The notes beneath the pieces are model-generated. The model worked only from the letters and a program-made list of their open reading frames with translations, ran no database searches and was not told the DNA's origin. Positions 19,474 through 31,327 of a stretch of DNA of 64,000 nt are shown here, in pieces. Source of the stretch: Methylococcaceae bacterium (GTDB taxonomy: Bacteria; Pseudomonadota; Gammaproteobacteria; Methylococcales; Methylomonadaceae); the NCBI GenBank assembly GCA_050303615.1, contig JBNLCC010000119.1:9812-73811 (forward strand). Direction: 5' to 3'. The number at the start of each line of letters is the position of its first letter. Position 1 is the stretch's first letter. A program made the translations under genes and the position numbers.

Positions 19474-20466
19474 CTAAGTATGCTGCACGGCGCTTTGATA
19501 AACGACCCATTGATAGGCACAATAGCAAATCAACAAAATAAGTCCTTCCCAACGGCAAATTCTGGCGTTACCGCGAAATCCGTAACCGAGTATAAATAAC
19601 AGCGCTGTCAACCCCAACATGACTGGAAAATCCCGTTCGACAACGTTGATATTGAGTACCCCGGGAGCAATAATTCCTGGCAGTGAATAAACTGCCAGCA
19701 AATTATACATATTCGAGCCGATAATATTGCCGATCGCCAAATCATCTTCTTTCTTCAAGACACTGGCAATCGACGCAGCTAATTCCGGTAAACTGGTTCC
19801 CAGGGCAACAATGGTCAAACCGATCACCAGATCGCTGACACCGAAATATTCAGCAATATTTACCGCCCCCCACACCAGCGCCCTTGAACTGAGCAGCAAG
19901 CCGGCCAGCCCCACAAAAAAATAAACCCATGCTTTTGTATGTGATAGTAATTCAGGAAGTTCGTCTTCCACCTCCCTGCTGAAAGGGTCGGTCTTCGATG
20001 CCTGTCTGGCGCTGCGAATCAACCACCACAAAAATATCACCAAGCCGGCCAACATAAGCAAACCATCAATGACATCCAAACCGTAATCGTACACAGCCAA
20101 CGCATAGCAGAAAATACTGGCAGTCATTAAAACGGGCAATTCCCTTTTGAGCATTTTTGAATGGACTGCAATCGGCGCAACCAAGGCGGTACAGCCGAGA
20201 ATCAGGCCAATATTAGCAATATTGGAGCCCAAAGCATTTCCTACGGCAAGCCCGGTTTTACCCTGCCAGGAAGCAAACGCCGAGACAAGAATTTCCGGGG
20301 CAGAGGTACCGAATCCGACAATAGTCAATCCGATAAGCAGCGAAGAAACGCCGTAATTTCTTGCAATCGATGCCGTTCCGATAACAAAACGATCGGCTGA
20401 ATAGACCAATATCACTAACCCAGCTAATAATGCTGATAAATTGACCCACATAATTTTCTGGTTCAA
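19474..20466 (-). CDS. CaCA-family Na+/Ca2+ antiporter (YrbG-like)
   Basis: 330 aa. It carries two alpha-repeat motifs (GFGTSAPE and ALGTSLPE) in a 10-TM protein, in the usual position upstream of kdsD. Confidence 0.85.
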   Translation of the reverse strand: MNQKIMWVNLSALLAGLVILVYSADRFVIGTASIARNYGVSSLLIGLTIVGFGTSAPEILVSAFASWQGKTGLAVGNALGSNIANIGLILGCTALVAPIAVHSKMLKRELPVLMTASIFCYALAVYDYGLDVIDGLLMLAGLVIFLWWLIRSARQASKTDPFSREVEDELPELLSHTKAWVYFFVGLAGLLLSSRALVWGAVNIAEYFGVSDLVIGLTIVALGTSLPELAASIASVLKKEDDLAIGNIIGSNMYNLLAVYSLPGIIAPGVLNINVVERDFPVMLGLTALLFILGYGFRGNARICRWEGLILLICYCAYQWVVYQSAVQHT

Positions 20467-20843
20467 AAACTGCTTATTATGCCATGTTCCACTAATTTTT
20501 GTCGCGGCGATAAAATGGTAAATAGTAAAAAATGAGTTGCTGATTTGTCGTGTCCGGCATCAAATTTCAATTTTTTCGTTCTCTTCGCTTTATTTGCGGC
20601 GAGGAGAGCAGAGCACGGAAATTCGATGCATGGGGAAGGAGGTAGAACGGCCCTGCGAATCAGTTGAATACAGAACTATTATGACGGTTTGTGAAACAAA
20701 AGTTATATGACATGAAACAGCAAAAGTCAGCGACTACTTTGCCGTTTTGATTATCAATTGACTAACGAAACGGAAAAAAGAAATTAAAAACAAACTGAAC
20801 TGCTGCGCAAACGCCGATATTAATCTTTCCCTTACAAACGAGT

Positions 20844-21410
20844 TTAATCGGTTGAATGGGGCTGCGCCTCAGCATGCAAATCGTTCTTTTCCTCCAACTC
20901 GGGATGTCTTTTTCCCGAAGCCGCCTCGTTCCCTTGGATTTCCGCCTGAGATTCCGTCTGCTTTTCGTCTTTTGAAACACTGGGAGCTTCCAAATTCAAC
21001 TCGTCCCAACGGTCACGTAGTTTGTCACACCATGCGGCCAGCATGGTTTCATCCTTGGGAGGGAAAGCCAACAACTGATCCAATGAATGGTGCAGCGACT
21101 GATAACGTGCACTGGCATTACGATGGTTTTCAGCCTGTTCCGAATATTTTAGAAACGTCTGCAAAGAACTTAAAATAGCGCCTAACAACAGCAACATTCC
21201 GGCTATCATTTTCACCCAAAAATCCGGATTGTGAGTAATTGTAAAAAAAATGTAACTGGCAACAGACATCGAAATCAAGATTACCGGAATGCCTAATATA
21301 TGGTTCATCCGCCGTATCGAAATGGAACGCATATAATGTGAATTCAGCAATATACCAAGCTCATGACGCCACGTCTGTAGCAAATGTTTTTGTTCAATTT
21401 TCATAGCCAT
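20844..21410 (-). CDS. SLATT-like 2-TM protein (SMODS/SLOG-associated 2TM effector-like), stand-alone
   Basis: 188 aa. It has an N-terminal helix, two TM segments (ILGIPVILISMSVASYIFFTI and MIAGMLLLLGAILSSL), then LQTFLKYSEQAENHRNASARYQSL, which resembles the SLATT signature I recall. The tail is acidic and Lys-rich. Confidence 0.5.
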   Translation of the reverse strand: MAMKIEQKHLLQTWRHELGILLNSHYMRSISIRRMNHILGIPVILISMSVASYIFFTITHNPDFWVKMIAGMLLLLGAILSSLQTFLKYSEQAENHRNASARYQSLHHSLDQLLAFPPKDETMLAAWCDKLRDRWDELNLEAPSVSKDEKQTESQAEIQGNEAASGKRHPELEEKNDLHAEAQPHSTD

Positions 21411-21490
21411 TGCCTCAAAGGTTAATTACAGCGAAAAAAAGCCGGCAAAGACTTATTATCAGTGACGGCTTGTGGTTGATAGCTAAAGCA

Positions 21491-21796
21491 CTATTTTAAA
21501 TATCGGCGGCTGCATGAATTTTTTATTTCAGTCCCCGCTGCCTCGCTTTCCACACCTGGAAGAAATGTCAAAAGGCACTGATTATACCGCCGTTTATTCT
21601 TAGATGGCGGAATCATGTTAAGATAAGTTTCTCTGCATATCCGAGTAATTTCACTAGTGACCCAATCATATTTCACTCCCTGCAGGTTTTCCAATACGCA
21701 TTGATCGTATTCATAGTTACTGTCAGCCGGGGATTGCCCGCTCGGCGAGAATAATAAAATAACCATTACCAAGTTAAAAACCATAGAATATCTCAT
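21491..21796 (-). CDS. Small secreted protein with internal 30-aa Cys-containing duplication
   Basis: 101 aa with a signal peptide. The two collinear repeats are YDQCVLENLQGVKYDWVTSEITRICRETYL and YNQCLLTFLPGVESEAAGTEIKNSCSRRYL. Confidence 0.5.
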   Translation of the reverse strand: MRYSMVFNLVMVILLFSPSGQSPADSNYEYDQCVLENLQGVKYDWVTSEITRICRETYLNMIPPSKNKRRYNQCLLTFLPGVESEAAGTEIKNSCSRRYLK

Positions 21797-22069
21797 AGTT
21801 TTGCCTTCAGTGGTTTGCGTACGAAAATGACAGCTTTAGCTATCGAAAAGATAAACGTTTAGACACATTCTGTAATATATGTCAAGCGTAGGTAATTTAG
21901 ATACGGAATGCAAGATAATGCATAAAAAAGTGAAGATTTTTTTAATCGTTCATAAAAATATCGTGTGTTGCTTGCGCGACTCTCATAATCGCCGGCGCAT
22001 AGTGAACCGACAATTAATATCGGAGTTTTCTATTGACTACCCTTTCTTAGGATACCATTCCGCACAAGA

Positions 22070-23044
22070 TCAATAAATATGTCCAGTATCTGAATTGAGC
22101 TGTTGTCCTATTTTGACGCGTTCCAGAGGTGACGAAGGAATTTCGCCGATTTCTTCGATTTTCTGCAGCAACGGCAATAGTCCCTGTTTGTTGGCCAATT
22201 GAATACTTAACCCGGGCCGGGCATTGATCTCGAGCATCAGCGGTCCTAATGTTGAATCAAGCACAATATCAACACCGATATAATCCATTGAAACCAGCTC
22301 TTTACACCGGGCAGACAACAACAGAATATTTTCCCAGTAGGGAATTTCAAGATTCGTAATGGTATTGCCCGAATCCGGGTGTTCATCGACAATTTGGTTA
22401 TGCCAGACGCCGTTTAAAGTTTGACCGCCGGCGAGATTAATGCCCGCGCCTATCGCACCTTGATGCAGATTGGCTTTCCCGTCGGACATTCTGGTAGGCA
22501 ATCTCAGCATCGACATTAACGGTATGCCTTTAAACACAATGGTACGTATATCCGGGACACCCTGATAGCTTACCTGTTCAAATACCGGGTCAAAATTAAC
22601 CCGGTATTCAATCAGCGCCTTGTCCGGTTGACCGCCCAGGCTGTACATACCGCTCAGTATATTGGATATATGATGTCCTATCTCCGCTTGCGTCATTAAA
22701 ACGCCGTTTAATTTACGGTAGCGCCCCTTGCTCCGCCCCTTGATAATCAGAATTCCTTCTCCGCCACTGCCATGGGCCGGTTTAATTGCAAAATCCTGAC
22801 GGGTGTCGAGTATATCGGCTAACTGACCGACCTGGTATTCACTGTCGATGACCGCGTAAAGCTCGGGAACGGCAATACCTGCATCTATCGCCAGTTGCTT
22901 GGTAAGCAATTTATCGTCTACAAGCGGGTAATATTTCCTTGAATTGTAGCGCAAAATATACCCGCCGTTGCGCTGATTCATGCCCAAAAACCCCAATTCG
23001 CGCAACCTCCGGAAGGGTAATAAATAATTCATCCAGTTCATCAA
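22070..23044 (-). CDS. Alpha-L-glutamate-ligase-like (RimK-related) ATP-grasp protein
   Basis: 324 aa. ATP-grasp elements are FAIKPAHGSGGEGILII and DYIGVDIVLDSTLGPLMLEINARPG. It lies 4 nt downstream of the 7TM gene. Confidence 0.75.
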   Translation of the reverse strand: MMNWMNYLLPFRRLRELGFLGMNQRNGGYILRYNSRKYYPLVDDKLLTKQLAIDAGIAVPELYAVIDSEYQVGQLADILDTRQDFAIKPAHGSGGEGILIIKGRSKGRYRKLNGVLMTQAEIGHHISNILSGMYSLGGQPDKALIEYRVNFDPVFEQVSYQGVPDIRTIVFKGIPLMSMLRLPTRMSDGKANLHQGAIGAGINLAGGQTLNGVWHNQIVDEHPDSGNTITNLEIPYWENILLLSARCKELVSMDYIGVDIVLDSTLGPLMLEINARPGLSIQLANKQGLLPLLQKIEEIGEIPSSPLERVKIGQQLNSDTGHIY

Positions 23045-23048
23045 TCCA

Positions 23049-24569
23049 TCACTCTTTCAGCATCCCCCTAAAGCGCCACAGTTCGGTCAGGCGGTAACCC
23101 GTATAACGTCCTAACAACAAGGTAAAGGCGAGCAGTGCAAGTAATAATTCGGGAAAGACGAATATCAGGTGTTCAAGATACTCATTGCTCATCAGCAAAT
23201 AACCGAACGAAGCGATAAACAGCGTGCCGATCCCTTGCTGGATAGCTTCCCCAGGGCCGCGCTCCTCCCAAACCAGTGACATTCGCTCGATGGTCATGGC
23301 CATAATGACCATTGGGAACAGGGCGACCGATAACCCCCGGTATATGCCCAATTTATGACTTAACAGGCTGACCAGCAGCATCAGTAAAATCACAATAATC
23401 AGTACCGCTGCCAAACGGGGTACTAACAGCAGTTGCAGATATTCCAGATAAAAGCGCAACATCAAGCCGAACACAATAATTAAACTGAATAAGACCAATC
23501 CCCATGCCAATTCCGTTTCGCGGAATGCCAAGGCAATCAAAATAGGCATAAACGTACCTATACTTTTGATACCGACCACGTTGCGCAAGATCACGATCAA
23601 TAAAGCACCCAACGGTATCATCAACAATACTCTATAAACGTTTTGGGTTTGCACCGGTAAGTTGAATAATGAGAATTCCATGATCCTTGAATTGATTCTA
23701 TTGGCGCGTTGTTGGGCAACGACGGTCACGTCCTGATATTGTTTATAAACGGAAAATTCCACTTTTCCCGCTTTCCCGCCGGCAACGGTCAATAACGGTT
23801 GATCTCCGGTATGCCAAATCAGCGCATCGTCCGGAAAACCGATATCACCGGTATTGGGATCAAACGTAAGCCATTTGTCCCCATCATAAACCTGCAGCCA
23901 AGGCGTCAGTTTTCCGTGCCGAATACCGTCTTTTAGAATGAGTATGGCTACCTGTCTTGCCGGAATCCGGGCGCCCTGTAAAATGCTGATGATTCGCTCA
24001 ACCCAAAGCTCCGGTTTGTCGGCTCCTTCGCGCAGCAGTTGGATATTATCATCAGGACTGGCGCTATTCAGACGCAACAATAATTCATGGGTAAATGACT
24101 TGGTATCTGCCGATTTTCTGCGTACTTCGTCCAATAAGGCATTGACCACCGTCTGCATCATTTCAGGATATTGTTTCTTGGCAGGAAAGCTAACCTTTGC
24201 CACCGGTTTGGCTTGCTGATCGTCGGGACTTAATTGCATACGGTAATATAATACTTGAGAACCGTGCGGGCGGCGTAATGCCCATTGCACGGAACGACCT
24301 TGTTCATCTTCGTCCAAAGTCAAACCGTACCGGCCCGAAACGAAATCTTCATCTAGGATCATAAAACCGCTCGGTTTTTTCGGCAAAGCAAAATCGATTT
24401 TAGCCGGACCTTTGGTCGGTTTATAGGAGATTCTGGCCTCTACGGTCCAAACCTGGGTCTGCTCAGCCGGCAGCAACGGCAGCTTTAATTCGCTGACTTT
24501 GTAATAACACAAAACACTACTTAGCAGTATTAAAGCCGAAGCTAAAATTTTTACATGTAAATTCTTCAA
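23049..24569 (-). CDS. Inactive-transglutaminase-like periplasmic domain fused to a 7-TM module
   Basis: 506 aa. It has an N-terminal TM anchor, a soluble region of about 280 aa, and then 6-7 hydrophobic helices (aa about 310-500). Confidence 0.65.
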   Translation of the reverse strand: MKNLHVKILASALILLSSVLCYYKVSELKLPLLPAEQTQVWTVEARISYKPTKGPAKIDFALPKKPSGFMILDEDFVSGRYGLTLDEDEQGRSVQWALRRPHGSQVLYYRMQLSPDDQQAKPVAKVSFPAKKQYPEMMQTVVNALLDEVRRKSADTKSFTHELLLRLNSASPDDNIQLLREGADKPELWVERIISILQGARIPARQVAILILKDGIRHGKLTPWLQVYDGDKWLTFDPNTGDIGFPDDALIWHTGDQPLLTVAGGKAGKVEFSVYKQYQDVTVVAQQRANRINSRIMEFSLFNLPVQTQNVYRVLLMIPLGALLIVILRNVVGIKSIGTFMPILIALAFRETELAWGLVLFSLIIVFGLMLRFYLEYLQLLLVPRLAAVLIIVILLMLLVSLLSHKLGIYRGLSVALFPMVIMAMTIERMSLVWEERGPGEAIQQGIGTLFIASFGYLLMSNEYLEHLIFVFPELLLALLAFTLLLGRYTGYRLTELWRFRGMLKE

Positions 24570-24622
24570 ATCGGATACTCTTTATGTCTGCTGCAAACTA
24601 CTTTGACAGGGTATTTTTTTCA

Positions 24623-25180
24623 TTAGGGTTTTTTATGCTGTAGTTTGGTGGCGGGATCATTGCAGGCGCCTTCTTTATGCTTATCGCTGTGCATAAATAC
24701 AGATGAAGAATCAACCATGATATTATTTTGTAAAAACCGCCGCCCTAAAAGAACAGGATAATTGAAATTACTCCTGTCAGCCAGGGTAAATTCAGTTTTG
24801 TAGTAATGTCCGTCAATACAAAACGCTAATTCCACGACAGGGCGAATTACCGCAGGAAGGTTGTGGCGTTTTATCGATGTATTTCTAAGCAACGGGACTT
24901 CTATTCTGTGTTCCGCGCCTTTTTTTTTGCCCGACGGCAAAGTAAATTTAACCCATTCATCACCGTCACGCTCGAACCTTTCAATTTTCTCGGCATGTAT
25001 TGAAGAGGTTTTGGCACCGGTATCGAGTTTTGCCCTAAGTCGGATCTGCCACGGCGATAAAACCACCGATTCCAACCATCCGGTAATTAAGATTTGCTTC
25101 CCGTGTTCTGCGCCGACAGCTGTCGGGATCCAAAAAAATAACGATAATATATTAATAAGCAAAGAAAATTTTCGTTTCAT
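24623..25180 (-). CDS. Secreted retropepsin-like aspartic protease (DUF785 / 'ATP-dependent zinc protease' / RimB-like family)
   Basis: 185 aa with a signal peptide (…IPTAVGA/EHG). It has the D-T-G motif in AKLDTGAKTSS and the retropepsin-like LLGRRFL near the C-terminus. Confidence 0.7.
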   Translation of the reverse strand: MKRKFSLLINILSLFFWIPTAVGAEHGKQILITGWLESVVLSPWQIRLRAKLDTGAKTSSIHAEKIERFERDGDEWVKFTLPSGKKKGAEHRIEVPLLRNTSIKRHNLPAVIRPVVELAFCIDGHYYKTEFTLADRSNFNYPVLLGRRFLQNNIMVDSSSVFMHSDKHKEGACNDPATKLQHKKP

Positions 25181-25521
25181 AATTTTGTTACGTTTCTCTC
25201 CAAATAATTTTCATTTGTCATAAGCTGTTTTTATGCTAACCCGGACTGTTTCAGTGCTGAATGCAGCGTCATAACATAAATACGTTGAAGCATAGATTAA
25301 ACATGCCGTTTTTGATATAAGCAAGCAGATAAAGTTGCCAAAATTTTTCTGCAGCCTGGTTCAACTCATTGGGAACCAGTGGCAAAAAAGCGTTGCCGCG
25401 CTGCCGGATCCCAAAGTTCACTGGATAACTAATAACTGCCCCGACACATAATATATTGACTTTCCCGTCTCCAGTCATAGAAAATAGTCTGTTTTAACTC
25501 CCGGCATGTGCTCTGGATCAC

Positions 25522-26346
25522 ATGGATAAATGCGTCCCGAATAGTCAAAATATCGTTACCATCCGAGATCTGACGTTTTCTCGCGGCAACAATAAAATCT
25601 TCGACAATGTTTCCCTGCAGATTCAACGCGGCAAAATTACCGCGATTATGGGACCAAGCGGAACCGGTAAAACCACTTTGCTTAAATTGATCGGCGGTCA
25701 GCTTTATCCCGAACATGGCAGTGTCATTGTCAATGGCCTGGATGTCCATAAATTGCGTTTAAAAAATTTGTATAAATTACGTAAACGCATCGGCATGTTA
25801 TTTCAAAGCGGTGCGTTATTTACCGATATGAGCGTTTACGACAATGTTGCGTTTCCATTGAGAGAGCATACCCGACTGCCTGAATCGATGATCCGCACGC
25901 TGGTACTGATGAAATTACAAGCGGTAGGATTAAGGGGCGCGCGCAACCTTATGCCGAGTGAATTATCCGGCGGCATGGCCAGGCGGGTTGCGTTGGCGCG
26001 GGCAATCGCACTGGACCCGATGATGATCATGTACGACGAGCCGTTTACCGGACAGGACCCGATCTCAATGGGTGTTCTGGTCCATCTGATCAAGACGTTA
26101 AATGCCACGCTCGGACTGACCAGTATTATCGTATCCCACGATGTCCAGGAAACAGCCGCTATCGCCGATTATATTTATGTGTTATCGGAAGGTAAAATTG
26201 TCGGCCAAGGCACACCGGAACAAATCAATCGCTCCGATTCGGAATGGGTCAAGCAATTCATGAACGGAACACCTGACGGTCCGGTATGCTTTCATTATTC
26301 CAGCGACAACTACATTGACGACCTTTTTGCGTCTGCAAAACGATAA
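25522..26346 (+). CDS. mlaF: Phospholipid ABC transporter ATPase MlaF
   Basis: 274 aa. It has the Walker [10 protein letters not shown], the signature [13 protein letters not shown] and the Walker B IMYDEP. Confidence 0.9.
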   Translation: MDKCVPNSQNIVTIRDLTFSRGNNKIFDNVSLQIQRGKITAIMGPSGTGKTTLLKLIGGQLYPEHGSVIVNGLDVHKLRLKNLYKLRKRIGMLFQSGALFTDMSVYDNVAFPLREHTRLPESMIRTLVLMKLQAVGLRGARNLMPSELSGGMARRVALARAIALDPMMIMYDEPFTGQDPISMGVLVHLIKTLNATLGLTSIIVSHDVQETAAIADYIYVLSEGKIVGQGTPEQINRSDSEWVKQFMNGTPDGPVCFHYSSDNYIDDLFASAKR

Positions 26347-26356
26347 TATCAGCAAT

Positions 26357-27139
26357 ATGAACCAGTTACTGCAAACTCTGGGAAATTTCACAATCAAGGC
26401 TTTTTCCAAAATCGGCCGCAGCACCTTTTTTTTATTTCATACATTAAGCGGCTTTAGTGATGTGCTGTTTCGCCCCGGACTTTTGCTGGTGCAAACCTAT
26501 TCGGTAGGGGTGCTATCCTTTTTAATTATCACCATATCGGGAATGTTTGTCGGCATGGTGCTGGGTTTGCAGGGCTATTATACACTTTCCGATTTTGGTG
26601 CCGAAGAGGCGCTTGGCGTGATGGTAGCAGCTTCCCTAGTACGAGAACTGGGCCCTGTAGTCACGGCGCTGTTATTTGCCGGACGCGCAGGCTCCGCCTT
26701 AACTGCGGAAATTGGCTTAATGAAGGCAACCGAACAACTGTCCGGCATGGAAATGATAGCCGTTGACCCGGTTAAACGCATCATTGCCCCGCGCTTTTTT
26801 GCCGGATTTTTCTCTATGCCGCTGCTCGCCGCTTTGTTCAGTATGATCGGTATCCTTGGCGGACATATTGTCGGCGTCGGTTTGCTGGGTGTAGACGACG
26901 GCTCCTACTGGTCACAAATGCAGGACACAATCGATTTTGACGACGACATTCTCAACGGTATCATTAAAAGCATTGTGTTTGGATTTATCACATCATGGAT
27001 TGCCCTGTTTGAAGGTTATGATGCCACGCCGACGTCTGAAGGAGTCAGCCGCGCTACAACCCGCACCGTCGTTAATTCCGCTTTTGCCGTTTTAGGCCTT
27101 GATTTCCTGTTAACTGCGTTAATGTTCGGAGAAGATTAA
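26357..27139 (+). CDS. mlaE: Phospholipid ABC transporter permease MlaE
   Basis: I chose the start [10 protein letters not shown] at 26357, which is after the mlaF stop at 26346. The protein is polytopic with the typical MlaE motif [20 protein letters not shown]. Confidence 0.9.
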   Translation: MNQLLQTLGNFTIKAFSKIGRSTFFLFHTLSGFSDVLFRPGLLLVQTYSVGVLSFLIITISGMFVGMVLGLQGYYTLSDFGAEEALGVMVAASLVRELGPVVTALLFAGRAGSALTAEIGLMKATEQLSGMEMIAVDPVKRIIAPRFFAGFFSMPLLAALFSMIGILGGHIVGVGLLGVDDGSYWSQMQDTIDFDDDILNGIIKSIVFGFITSWIALFEGYDATPTSEGVSRATTRTVVNSAFAVLGLDFLLTALMFGED

Positions 27140-27140
27140 A

Positions 27141-27617
27141 ATGCAGCATTCAAAAACTCTCGATACCCTGGTCGGCCTTTTTGTTGCATCGGGTATCGTC
27201 GCCCTGTTTTTCCTGGCAATGCAAGTCAGCAACCTGAGCTCTTTTATTGATAATAAAGACGGCTTTCATATTACCGCCCGCTTTGAAAATTCCGGCGGAC
27301 TTAAAGTGCGATCACCGGTTTCGGTCGCCGGTGTCAAAATCGGCAGGGTCAGCAACATATATTTCGATCAACAAACTTTCGAATCCGTTGTCGATATGTA
27401 TATCAACAAAAAATTCAATGAATTACCCGACGATACAACTGCCAGCATTTTTACCGCAGGTTTGCTTGGTGAGCAATATGTCAGTCTCGATCCGGGCGGT
27501 TCCGAAGAATTCCTGCATGACGGCAGTGAAATTGAAATAACCCAATCGGCCCTCGTTTTGGAACAATTAATCGGTCAGTTTCTGTTTAAGGAATCCGAAA
27601 AAGAAGATGAAAACTGA
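27141..27617 (+). CDS. mlaD: MCE-domain protein MlaD
   Basis: 158 aa with an N-terminal TM segment and an MCE domain (GLKVRSPVSVAGVKIGRV). Confidence 0.9.
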   Translation: MQHSKTLDTLVGLFVASGIVALFFLAMQVSNLSSFIDNKDGFHITARFENSGGLKVRSPVSVAGVKIGRVSNIYFDQQTFESVVDMYINKKFNELPDDTTASIFTAGLLGEQYVSLDPGGSEEFLHDGSEIEITQSALVLEQLIGQFLFKESEKEDEN

Positions 27618-27930
27618 TTTGCAAATCCGTGAACAACAACCGGGAAGATATCTGGTTGACGGCGAACTGACCTTTGCCACAATAGACCGTAAAACCATTA
27701 AAGCATTGCCCTTTCCTAAGCAAATGCAGCAGATTACACTTGATTTAAACCAAGTGACGACAACCGATAGCGCCGGTTTGGCACTGATTATGGAATGGAT
27801 AAAATTTGCCCGACAAGCGAAAATACAATTAACATTTGAAAATATTCCCGAACAACTGGTAGCGATCGCCAAACTCAGCGGATTGGAAAGCATGATCCGT
27901 CAGAAAAACTACGATAGACCGTTATCATAA
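27607..27930 (+). CDS. mlaB: STAS-domain protein MlaB
   Basis: 107 aa. It has the STAS pattern LDLNQVTTTDSAGLALIMEWIKFARQ. No mlaC lies between mlaD and mlaB. Confidence 0.75.
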   Translation: MKTDLQIREQQPGRYLVDGELTFATIDRKTIKALPFPKQMQQITLDLNQVTTTDSAGLALIMEWIKFARQAKIQLTFENIPEQLVAIAKLSGLESMIRQKNYDRPLS

Positions 27931-27954
27931 TCCGGTACCCGGCCGGGCTAATAA

Positions 27955-29247
<1,293 letters not shown>

Positions 29248-29375
29248 AGACCAGGAACGGCATAACTCTGCGAGAACATTGATGATATGATGGCCGGTTC
29301 AAATTGCACTGTTTTCAATCCGGGCGAAATGCGAATCCCAACATCAACGCCCGCTATATACAATACAGGTTTAAA

Positions 29376-30002
29376 ATGTTAACAATCGCTATTTCGAAAG
29401 GAAGAATATACGAAGAAGCCTTACCGCTATTGGAACAAGCCGGAATCACACCCATTGATGACCCGAAAAAAAGCCGCAAACTGATTCTGTCCACCAACCG
29501 GGCAGATGTTCAACTAGTAATTATCCGGGCAACGGATGTACCGACCTTTGTCGAATACGGCGCCGCCGACCTGGGCATCGCCGGCAAAGACGTACTGTTG
29601 GAACACGGCGCGGAAGCTTTATACGAGCCGTTGGATTTAGGTATTTCACGGTGCCGGCTGATGACGGCAATTCCCAAAAATGCACCGGAAATACAAAACC
29701 GGGTTCGCGTGGCGACAAAATACGTTAATATAGCGCAACGCTATTTCGCCAAAAAAGGAATCCAGGCGGAAATTATCAAACTCTATGGTTCGATGGAACT
29801 CGCACCGCTGGTGGGTCTGGCGGATTGCATCGTTGATCTGGTCGATACCGGCAATACGCTGAAAGCAAACGGCCTGGAAGCCCGGGATTTAATTATGCAC
29901 ATCAGTTCCCGTCTTATTGTCAATAAGGCATCAATGAAAATGAAACATGAAGCGATCCGCTCGTTGATCGATCAATTGCGTAACAGCTTATCAGCCAATT
30001 AA
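29376..30002 (+). CDS. hisG: ATP phosphoribosyltransferase, short form HisG
   Basis: I chose the start [10 protein letters not shown] at 29376. The product is 208 aa and has the motif [14 protein letters not shown]. Confidence 0.9.
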   Translation: MLTIAISKGRIYEEALPLLEQAGITPIDDPKKSRKLILSTNRADVQLVIIRATDVPTFVEYGAADLGIAGKDVLLEHGAEALYEPLDLGISRCRLMTAIPKNAPEIQNRVRVATKYVNIAQRYFAKKGIQAEIIKLYGSMELAPLVGLADCIVDLVDTGNTLKANGLEARDLIMHISSRLIVNKASMKMKHEAIRSLIDQLRNSLSAN

Positions 30003-30006
30003 AGTT

Positions 30007-31311
30007 ATGAACGATTTAAAAATCACCAAGTTAAATGCTCACGACGATGACTTCCGCTTGCGGTTGGCTGAATTGGTTGCATGGGACGAAACGGAAGACC
30101 TGGAAATTCAACAACGGGTTGCCGCGATTATTGCCGAAGTCAGACGCAACGGCAACCAAGCGGTTATTGAATACACCAATCGTTTCGACCAGTGCAGTTT
30201 CGCCGATGCCGCAGATCTGGAAATACCACAACAGACATTACAGGATGCCTGGGAACAGTTACCGTCAGATGCAGCGGCAGCGTTAAAAACGGCTGCCGAA
30301 CGTATTCGCGCTTATGCAGAAAACCAGAAAATGCAATCCTGGCAATTTACCGAACAGGACGGAACCGTCTTGGGACAAAAAATTACCCCACTGGACAGAG
30401 CCGGCTTGTATGTGCCCGGCGGCAAGGCCGCTTATCCCTCGTCAGTGCTAATGAACGCGATCCCGGCAAAAGTGGCCGGCGTGCGTGAACTGATTATGGT
30501 GGTTCCCACCCCGCAAGGGGAAACCAATCAATTGGTTCTGGCGGCAGCATGGCTTGCCGGAGTCGACCGCGCGTTTTCGATCGGAGGAGCCCAGGCGATC
30601 GCAGCGCTGGCTTACGGAACGGAAACCATACCGGCCGTCGAAAAAATTGTCGGTCCCGGTAATATTTATGTGGCAACGGCCAAAAAGATGGTGTTCGGCC
30701 AAGTCGGCATCGATATGATTGCCGGTCCTTCGGAAATTTTAGTGATTTGCGACGGGCATACCGATCCCGACTGGATTGCCATGGATCTGTTTTCGCAGGC
30801 CGAGCATGACGAAAATGCCCAAGCCATATTGCTTTCCGATAATGCTGATTTTCTCAGCGCGGTCGAACAAAGCATCCACAAATTATTGCCGGAAATGGAA
30901 CGTGCCGATGTCATCAAGGCTTCTTTGAGCACAAGGGGCGCTTTGATCCTGGTCAGTGACCTGAATCAAGCGGCGGAAGTCGCCAATTCAATCGCTCCCG
31001 AGCATTTGGAATTGTCGGTCGGCGATCCGGAACGGTTATGTGAAAAAATTCGCAATGCCGGCGCTATCTTTTTAGGCCGATATACGGCCGAAGCCCTGGG
31101 AGACTATTGCGCAGGGCCAAACCATGTTTTGCCGACTTCCGGCACGGCACGATTTTCATCGCCGCTAGGCGTCTATGATTTCCAAAAACGTTCCAGCATC
31201 ATTTTCTGTTCCGATGCCGCCGCAGACAAATTAGGCAGAACCGCTTCGATCCTGGCCAGGGGTGAAAGTTTGACGGCGCATGCCCGATCTGCCGAATACC
31301 GTATCAGATAG
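30007..31311 (+). CDS. hisD: Histidinol dehydrogenase HisD
   Basis: 434 aa. It has the motifs [15 protein letters not shown] and SIAPEHLEL. Confidence 0.95.
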   Translation: MNDLKITKLNAHDDDFRLRLAELVAWDETEDLEIQQRVAAIIAEVRRNGNQAVIEYTNRFDQCSFADAADLEIPQQTLQDAWEQLPSDAAAALKTAAERIRAYAENQKMQSWQFTEQDGTVLGQKITPLDRAGLYVPGGKAAYPSSVLMNAIPAKVAGVRELIMVVPTPQGETNQLVLAAAWLAGVDRAFSIGGAQAIAALAYGTETIPAVEKIVGPGNIYVATAKKMVFGQVGIDMIAGPSEILVICDGHTDPDWIAMDLFSQAEHDENAQAILLSDNADFLSAVEQSIHKLLPEMERADVIKASLSTRGALILVSDLNQAAEVANSIAPEHLELSVGDPERLCEKIRNAGAIFLGRYTAEALGDYCAGPNHVLPTSGTARFSSPLGVYDFQKRSSIIFCSDAAADKLGRTASILARGESLTAHARSAEYRIR

Positions 31312-31327
31312 CCGCCAAATTTTGCCG

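Noticed and set aside
19457-19558. 34-codon N-terminal extension of the kdsD ORF
   Set aside because: The extension overlaps the 3' end of the upstream antiporter gene. KdsD-like sequence begins at MNKHSLQQ (19456).
25181-25521. ORFs 25269-25478 and 25429-25749 (minus strand) in or near the 341-bp spacer upstream of mlaF
   Set aside because: One is antisense to the mlaF 5' end and the other has no motifs or RBS. The spacer more plausibly holds divergent promoters.
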